A program made the translations under genes and the position numbers. This document shows, one piece after another, positions 56,301 to 64,000 of a DNA stretch of 64,000 nt (position 1 is the first letter of the stretch; the number at the start of each line of letters is the position of its first letter). The notes beneath the pieces are model-generated. The model made no database searches, was not told the origin of the DNA, and saw only the letters and a list, made by a program, of their open reading frames with translations. The stretch is taken from assembly GCF_009914755.1 (NCBI RefSeq), contig NC_060925.1. One strand, given 5' to 3'. Source of the stretch: the human T2T-CHM13v2.0 reference genome, Homo sapiens.

Positions 56301-59300
56301 CAAATGGAATCATTGAACGGAATTGAATGGAATCGTCATCGAATGAATTGACTGCAATCATCGAATGGTCTCGAATGGAATCATCTTCAAATGGAATGGA
56401 ATGGAATCATCGCATAGAATCGAATGGAATTATCATCGAATGGAATCGAATGGAATCAACATCAAACGGAAAAAAACAGAATTATCGTATGGAATCGAAG
56501 AGAATCATCGAAGGGACCCGAATGGAATCATCTAATGGAATGGAATGGAATAATCCATGGACTCGAATGCAATCATCATCGAATGGAATCGAATGGAATC
56601 ATCGAATGGACTCGAATGGAATAATCATTGAACGGAATCGAATGGAATCATCATCGGATGGAAATGAATGGAATCATCATCGAATGGAATCGAATAGAAT
56701 TATGGAATGAAATCCAGTGTGATCATCATCGAATGGACCCGAATGGAATCATCATCCAACGGAAGCTAATGGAATCAACATCGAATGAATCGAATGGAAA
56801 CACCATCGAATTGAAACGAATGGAATTATCATGAAATTGAAATGGATGGACTCATCATCGAATGGATTCGAATGGAATCATCGAATAAAATTGATTGAAA
56901 TCATCATCCAATGGAATCGAATGGTATCATTGAATGGAATCGAATGGAATCTTCATCAGATGGAAATGAATGGAATCGTCATAGAATGGAATCGAATGGA
57001 TTCATTGAATGGAATCAGATGGAATCATCGAATGGACTGGAATGGAATCATTGAATGGACTCGAAAGGGATCATTATTGAATGGAATTGAATGGAATCAT
57101 CGAATGGTCTCGATTGGAATCATTATCAAATGGAATCGAATGGAATCACCGAACAGAATCGAATGGAACAATCATCGAATGGACTCAAATGGAATTATCC
57201 TCAAATGGAATCGAATGGAATTATCGAATGCAATCGAATGGAATTATCGAATGCAATCGAATAGAATCATCGAATGGACTCGAATGGAATCATCGAATGG
57301 AATGGAATGGAACAGTCAATGAACTCGAATGGAATCATCATTGAAAGGAATCGAATGGAATCATCGAGTGGAATCGAATGGAATTATGATCAAATGGAAT
57401 CGAATGTAATCATCATCAAATGGAATCAAAAATAACCATCATCAATTGGTATTGAATGGAATTGTCATCAAATGGAATTCAAAGGAATCATCATCAAATG
57501 GAACCGAATGGAATCCTCATTGAATGGAAATGAAAGGGGTCATCATCTAATGGAATCGCATGGAATCATCATCAAATGGAATCGAATGGAATCATCATCA
57601 AATGGTATCTAATGGAATCATTGAACAGAATTGAATGGAATCGTCATCGAATGAATTGAATGCAATCATCGAATGGTCTCGAATGGAATCATCTTCTAAT
57701 GGAAAGGAATGGAATCATCGCATAGAATCGAATGGAATTATCATCGAATGGAATCGAATGGTATCAACACCAAACGGAAAAAAACGGAATTATCGAATGG
57801 AATCGAAGAGAATCTTCGAACGGACCCGAATGGAATCATCTAATGGAATGGAATGGAATAATCCATGGACTCGAATGCAATCATCATCGAATGGAATCGA
57901 ATGGAATCATCGAATGGACTCGAATGGAATAATCATTGAACGGAATCGAATGGAATCATCATCGGATGGAAACGAATGGAATCATCATCGAATGGAAATG
58001 AAAGGAGTCATCATCTAATGGAATTGCATGGAATCATCATAAAATGGAATCGAATGGAATCAACATCAAATGGAATCAAATGGAATCATTGAACGGAATT
58101 GAATGGAATCGTCATCGAATGAATTGACTGCAATCATCGAATGGTCTCGAATGGAATCATCTTCAAATGGAATGGAATGGAATCATCGCATAGAATCGAA
58201 TGGAATTATCATCGAATGGAATCGAATGGAATCAACATCAAACGGAAAAAAACGGAATTATCGAATGGAATCGAAGAGAATCATCGAATGGACCCAAATG
58301 GAATCATCTAATGGAATGGAATGGAATAATCCATGGACTCGAATGCAATCATCATCGAATGGAATCGAATGGAATCATCGAATGAACTCGAATGGAATCA
58401 TCATTGAATGGAATCGAATGGAATCATCGAGTGGAATCGAATGGAATTATGATCAAATGGAATCGAATGTAATCATCATCAAATGGAATCAAAAATAACC
58501 ATCATCAATTGGTATTGAATGGAATTGTCATCAAATGGAATTCAAAGGAATCATCATCAAATGGAACCGAATGGAATCCTCATTGAATGGAAATGAAAGG
58601 GTCATCATCTAATGGAATCGCATGGAATCATCATCAAATGGAATCGAATGGAATCATCATCAAATGGAATCTAATGGAATCATTGAACAGAATTGAATGG
58701 AATCGTCATCGAATGAATTGAATGCAATCATCGAATGGTCTCGAATGGAATCATCTTCTAATGGAAAGGAATGGAATCATCGCATAGAATCGAATGGAAT
58801 TATCATCGAATGGAATCGAATGGTATCAACACCAAACGGAAAAAAACGGAATTATCGAATGGAATCGAAGAGAATCTTCGAACGGACCCGAATGGAATCA
58901 TCTAATGGAATGGAATGGAATAATCCATGGACTCGAATGCAATCATCATCGAATGGAATCGAATGGAATCATCGAATGGACTCGAATGGAATAATCATTG
59001 AACGGAATCGAATGGAATCATCATCGGATGGAAACGAATGGAATCATCATCGAATGGAAATGAAAGGAGTCATCATCTAATGGAAATGCATGGAATCATC
59101 ATAAAATGGAATCGAATGGAATCAACATCAAATGGAATCAAATGGAATCATTGAACGGAATTGAATGGAATCGTCATCGAATGAATTGAATGCAATCATC
59201 GAATGGTCTCGAATGGAATCATCTTCAAATGGAATGGAATGGAATCATCGCATAGAATCGAATGGAATTATCATCGAATGGAATCGAATGGAATCAACAT

Positions 59301-62300
59301 CAAACGGAAAAAAACGGAATTATCGAATGGAATCGAAGAGAATCATCGAATGGACCCGAATGGAATCATCTAATGGAATGGAATGGAATAATCCATGGAC
59401 TCGAATGCAATCATCATCGAATGGAATCGAATGGAATCATCGAATGGACTCGAATGGAATAATCATTGAACGGAATCGAATGGAATCATCATCGGATGGA
59501 AATGAATGGAATCATCATCGAATAGAATCGAATAGAATTATGGAATGAAATCCAGTGTGATCATCATCGAATGGACCCGAATGGAATCATCATCCAACGG
59601 AAGCTAATGGAATCAACATCGAATGAATCGAATGGAAACACCATCGAATTGAAACGAATTTAATTATCATGAAATTGAAATGGATGGACTCATCATCGAA
59701 TGGATTCGAATGGAATCATCGAATAAAATTGATTGAAATCATCATCGAATGGAATCGAATGGTATCATTGAATGGAATCGAATGGAATCATCATCAGATG
59801 GAAATGAATGGAATCGTCATAGAATGGAATCGAATGGATTCATTGAATGGAATCAGATGGAATCATCGAATGGACTGGAATGGAATCATTGAATGGACTC
59901 GAAAGGGATCATGATTGAATGGAATTTAATGGAATCATCGAATGGTCTCGATTGGAATCATTATCAAATGGAATCGAATGGAATCACCGAATAGAATCGA
60001 ATGGAACAATCATCGAATGGACTCAAATGGAATTATCCTCAAATGGAATCGAATGGAATTATCGAATGCAATCGAATGGAATTATCGATTGCAATCGAAT
60101 AGAATCATCGAATGGACTCGAATGGAATCATCGAATGGAATGGAATGGAACAGTCAATGAACCCGAATGGAATCATCATTGAATGGAATCGAATGGAATC
60201 ATCGAGTGGAATCGAATGGAATTATGATCAAATGGAATCGAATGTAATCATCATCAAATGGAATCAAAAATAACCATCATCAATTGGTATTGAATGGAAT
60301 TGTCATCAAATGGAATTCAAAGGAATCATCATCAAATGGAACCGAATGGAATCCTCATTGAATGGAAATGAAAGGGGTCATCATCTAATGGAATCGCATG
60401 GAATCATCATCAAATGGAATCGAATGGAATCATCATCAAATGGAATCTAATGGAATCATTGAACAGAATTAAATGGAATGGTCATCGAATGAATTGAATG
60501 CAATCATCGAATGGTCTCGAATGGAATCATCTTCTAATGGAAAGGAATGGAATCATCGCATAGAATCGAATGGAATTATCATCGAATGGAATCGAATGGT
60601 ATCAACACCAAACGGAAAAAAACGGAATTATCGAATGGAATCGAAGAGAATCTTCGAACGGACCCGAATGGAATCATCTAATGGAATGGAATGGAATAAT
60701 CCATGGACTCGAATGCAATCATCATCGAATGGAATCGAATGGAATCATCGAATGGACTCGAATGGAATAATCATTGAACGGAATCGAATGGAATCATCAT
60801 CGGATGGAAACGAATGGAATCATCATCGAATGGAAATGAAAGGAGTCATCATCTAATGGAATTGCATGGAATCATCATAAAATGGAATCGAATGGAATCA
60901 ACATCAAATGGAATCAAATGGAATCATTGAACGGAATTGAATGGAATCGTCATCGAATGAATTGACTGCAATCATCGAATGGTCTCGAATGGAATCATCT
61001 TCAAATGGAATGGAATGGAATCATCGCATAGAATCGAATGGAATTATCATCGAATGGAATCGAATGGAATCAACATCAAACGGAAAAAAACAGAATTATC
61101 GTATGGAATCGAAGAGAATCATCGAAGGGACCCGAATGGAATCATCTAATGGAATGGAATGGAATAATCCATGGACTCGAATGCAATCATCATCGAATGG
61201 AATCGAATGGAATCATCGAATGGACTCGAATGGAATAATCATTGAACGGAATCGAATGGAATCATCATCGGATGGAAATGAATGGAATCATCATCGAATG
61301 GAATCGAATAGAATTATGGAATGAAATCCAGTGTGATCATCATCGAATGGACCCGAATGGAATCATCATCCAACGGAAGCTAATGGAATCAACATCGAAT
61401 GAATCGAATGGAAACACCATCGAATTGAAACGAATGGAATTATCATGAAATTGAAATGGATGGACTCATCATCGAATGGATTCGAATGGAATCATCGAAT
61501 AAAATTGATTGAAATCATCATCCAATGGAATCGAATGGTATCATTGAATGGAATCGAATGGAATCTTCATCAGATGGAAATGAATGGAATCGTCATAGAA
61601 TGGAATCGAATGGATTCATTGAATGGAATCAGATGGAATCATCGAATGGACTGGAATGGAATCATTGAATGGACTCGAAAGGGATCATTATTGAATGGAA
61701 TTGAATGGAATCATCGAATGGTCTCGATTGGAATCATTATCAAATGGAATCGAATGGAATCACCGAACAGAATCGAATGGAACAATCATCGAATGGACTC
61801 AAATGGAATTATCCTCAAATGGAATCGAATGGAATTATCGAATGCAATCGAATGGAATTATCGAATGCAATCGAATAGAATCATCGAATGGACTCGAATG
61901 GAATCATCGAATGGAATGGAATGGAACAGTCAATGAACTCGAATGGAATCATCATTGAAAGGAATCGAATGGAATCATCGAGTGGAATCGAATGGAATTA
62001 TGATCAAATGGAATCGAATGTAATCATCATCAAATGGAATCAAAAATAACCATCATCAATTGGTATTGAATGGAATTGTCATCAAATGGAATTCAAAGGA
62101 ATCATCATCAAATGGAACCGAATGGAATCCTCATTGAATGGAAATGAAAGGGGTCATCATCTAATGGAATCGCATGGAATCATCATCAAATGGAATCGAA
62201 TGGAATCATCATCAAATGGTATCTAATGGAATCATTGAACAGAATTGAATGGAATCGTCATCGAATGAATTGAATGCAATCATCGAATGGTCTCGAATGG

Positions 62301-62630
62301 AATCATCTTCTAATGGAAAGGAATGGAATCATCGCATAGAATCGAATGGAATTATCATCGAATGGAATCGAATGGTATCAACACCAAACGGAAAAAAACG
62401 GAATTATCGAATGGAATCGAAGAGAATCTTCGAACGGACCCGAATGGAATCATCTAATGGAATGGAATGGAATAATCCATGGACTCGAATGCAATCATCA
62501 TCGAATGGAATCGAATGGAATCATCGAATGGACTCGAATGGAATAATCATTGAACGGAATCGAATGGAATCATCATCGGATGGAAACGAATGGAATCATC
62601 ATCGAATGGAAATGAAAGGAGTCATCATCT
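53400..62630 (+). repeat. Tandem duplication, 2 x ~4,614 bp (1063+1776+1776 composite)
   Basis: ORF offsets of 4614 (54083/58697, 55055/59669, 55859/60473, 56831/61445, 57635/62249), with shared rare variants GGAATTTAATGG, GGAATGGTCATCG and GGAAATGCATGG. Confidence 0.87.
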
Positions 62631-64000
62631 AACGGAATTGCATGGAATCATCATAAAATGGAATCGAATGGAATCAACATCAAATGGAATCAAATGGAAT
62701 CATTGAACGGAATTGAATGGAATCGTCATCGAATGAATTGACTGCAATCATCGAATGGTCTCGAATGGAATCATCTTCAAATGGAATGGAATGGAATCAT
62801 CGCATAGAATCGAATGGAATTATCATCGAATGGAATCGAATGGAATCAACATCAAACGGAAAAAAACGGAATTATCGAATGGAATCGAAGAGAATCATCG
62901 AATGGACCCGAATGGAATCATCTAATGGAATGGAATGGAATAATCCATGGACTCGAATGCAATCATCATCGAATGGAATCGAATGGAATCATCGAATGGA
63001 CTCGAATGGAATAATCATTGAACGGAATCGAATGGAATCATCATCGGATGGAAATGAATGGAATCATCATCGAATGGAATCGAATAGAATTATGGAATGA
63101 AATCCAGCGTGATCATCATCGAATGGACCCGAATGGAATCATCATCCAACGGAAGCTAATGGAATCAACATCGAATGAATCGAATGGAAACACCATCGAA
63201 TTGAAACGAATGGAATTATAATGAAATTGAAATGGATGGACTCATCATCGAATGGATTCGAATGGAATCATCGAATAAAATTGATTGAAATCATCATCCA
63301 ATGGAATCGAATGGTATCATTGAATGGAATCGAATGGAATCATCATCAGATGGAAATGAATGGAATCGTCATAGAATGGAATCGAATGGATTCATTGAAT
63401 GGAATCAGATGGAATCATCGAATGGACTGGAATGGAATCATTGAATGGACTCGAAAGGGATCATGATTGAATGGAATTGAATGGAATCATCGAATGGTCT
63501 CGATTGGAATCATTATCAAATGGAATCGAATGGAATCACCGAATAGAATCGAATGGAACAATCATCGAATGGACTCAAATGGAATTATCCTCCAATGGAA
63601 TCGAATGGAATTATCGAATGCAATCGAATGGAATTATCGAATGCAATCGAATAGAATCATCGAATGGACTCGAATGGAATCATCGAATGGAATGGAATGG
63701 AACAGTCAATGAACTCGAATGGAATCATCATTGAATGGAATCGAATGGAATCATCGAGTGGAATCGAATGGAATTATGATCAAATGGAATCGAATGTAAT
63801 CATCATCAAATGGAATCAAAAATAACCATCATCAATTGGTATTGAATGGAATTGTCATCAAATGGAATTCAAAGGAATCATCATCAAATGGAACCGAATG
63901 GAATCCTCATTGAATGGAAATGAAAGGGGTCATCATCTAATGGAATCGCATGGAATCATCATCAAATGGAATCGAATGGAATCATCATCAAATGGAATCT

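Larger units (their letters stand above)
1..64000 (+). repeat. Satellite II (HSat2/HSATII) tandem array, GGAAT strand, pericentromeric heterochromatin type; runs off both window ends
   Basis: The entire sequence is degenerate (GAATG)n with dense ATCGAATGGAATC and CATCATCGAATGG motifs (reverse complement CATTCGATTC, the HSat2 signature), very frequent TCGA sites, and no non-satellite interruption. Confidence 0.98.

Noticed and set aside
115-63734. Hundreds of 60-176 aa ORFs (MESSSNGIEWNHR-type), all on the + strand
   Set aside because: They are translations of GAATG-based repeats, overlapping in several frames, freely broken by stops and frameshifts between copies, with no recognisable domain or gene structure. 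They are not credible CDS.
1-64000. CRISPR-like or other prokaryotic repeat-spacer system
   Set aside because: There are no unique spacers, no cas or other genes and no leader sequence. The inter-motif sequence is itself satellite.
1-64000. Satellite III (HSat3), alpha satellite or telomeric repeat identity
   Set aside because: Pure (GGAAT)n runs are at most about three or four copies, and CATCATCGA/TCGAATGG motifs dominate, which indicates HSat2. There is no 171-bp period or CENP-B box and no TTAGGG array.
1-64000. Inversion or mobile element insertion within the array
   Set aside because: No CATTC-oriented segment and no non-satellite sequence was seen on reading through the window.

Overview
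The whole 64 kb window is one uninterrupted, single-orientation array of human-type classical satellite II (HSat2/HSATII), shown on the purine-rich GGAAT strand. It is built from degenerate GAATG pentamers arranged as 23/26-bp motifs (e.g. CGAATGGAATCATCATCAAATGGAAT). These form a 1,776-bp higher-order unit with one canonical EcoRI site, consistent with the 1.77-kb chromosome 1q12 satellite (pUC1.77/D1Z1-type; the chromosome assignment is from prior knowledge and is not proven here). I see no genes, RNA genes, transposon insertions, unique sequence or inversions, and all listed ORFs are translation artefacts of the repeat. I did not find a new gene-encoded system. What is informative is the array architecture. 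The 1,776-bp unit contains an internal 468-bp duplication. Recurrent length variants (1308, 1063, 761, 1455, 1923, 1767, 2254 bp) arise at short-homology junctions. Nested tandem and dispersed duplications have offsets of 1385, 2839, 3826, 4614, 6937, 9183, 14080, 20745, 23263, 26305 and 33948 bp. A more diverged domain (~1-13.9 kb) is followed by a more homogeneous one (~14-64 kb). Lengths were computed by hand from ORF-track landmarks, identities were spot-checked by eye, and duplication boundaries are approximate.
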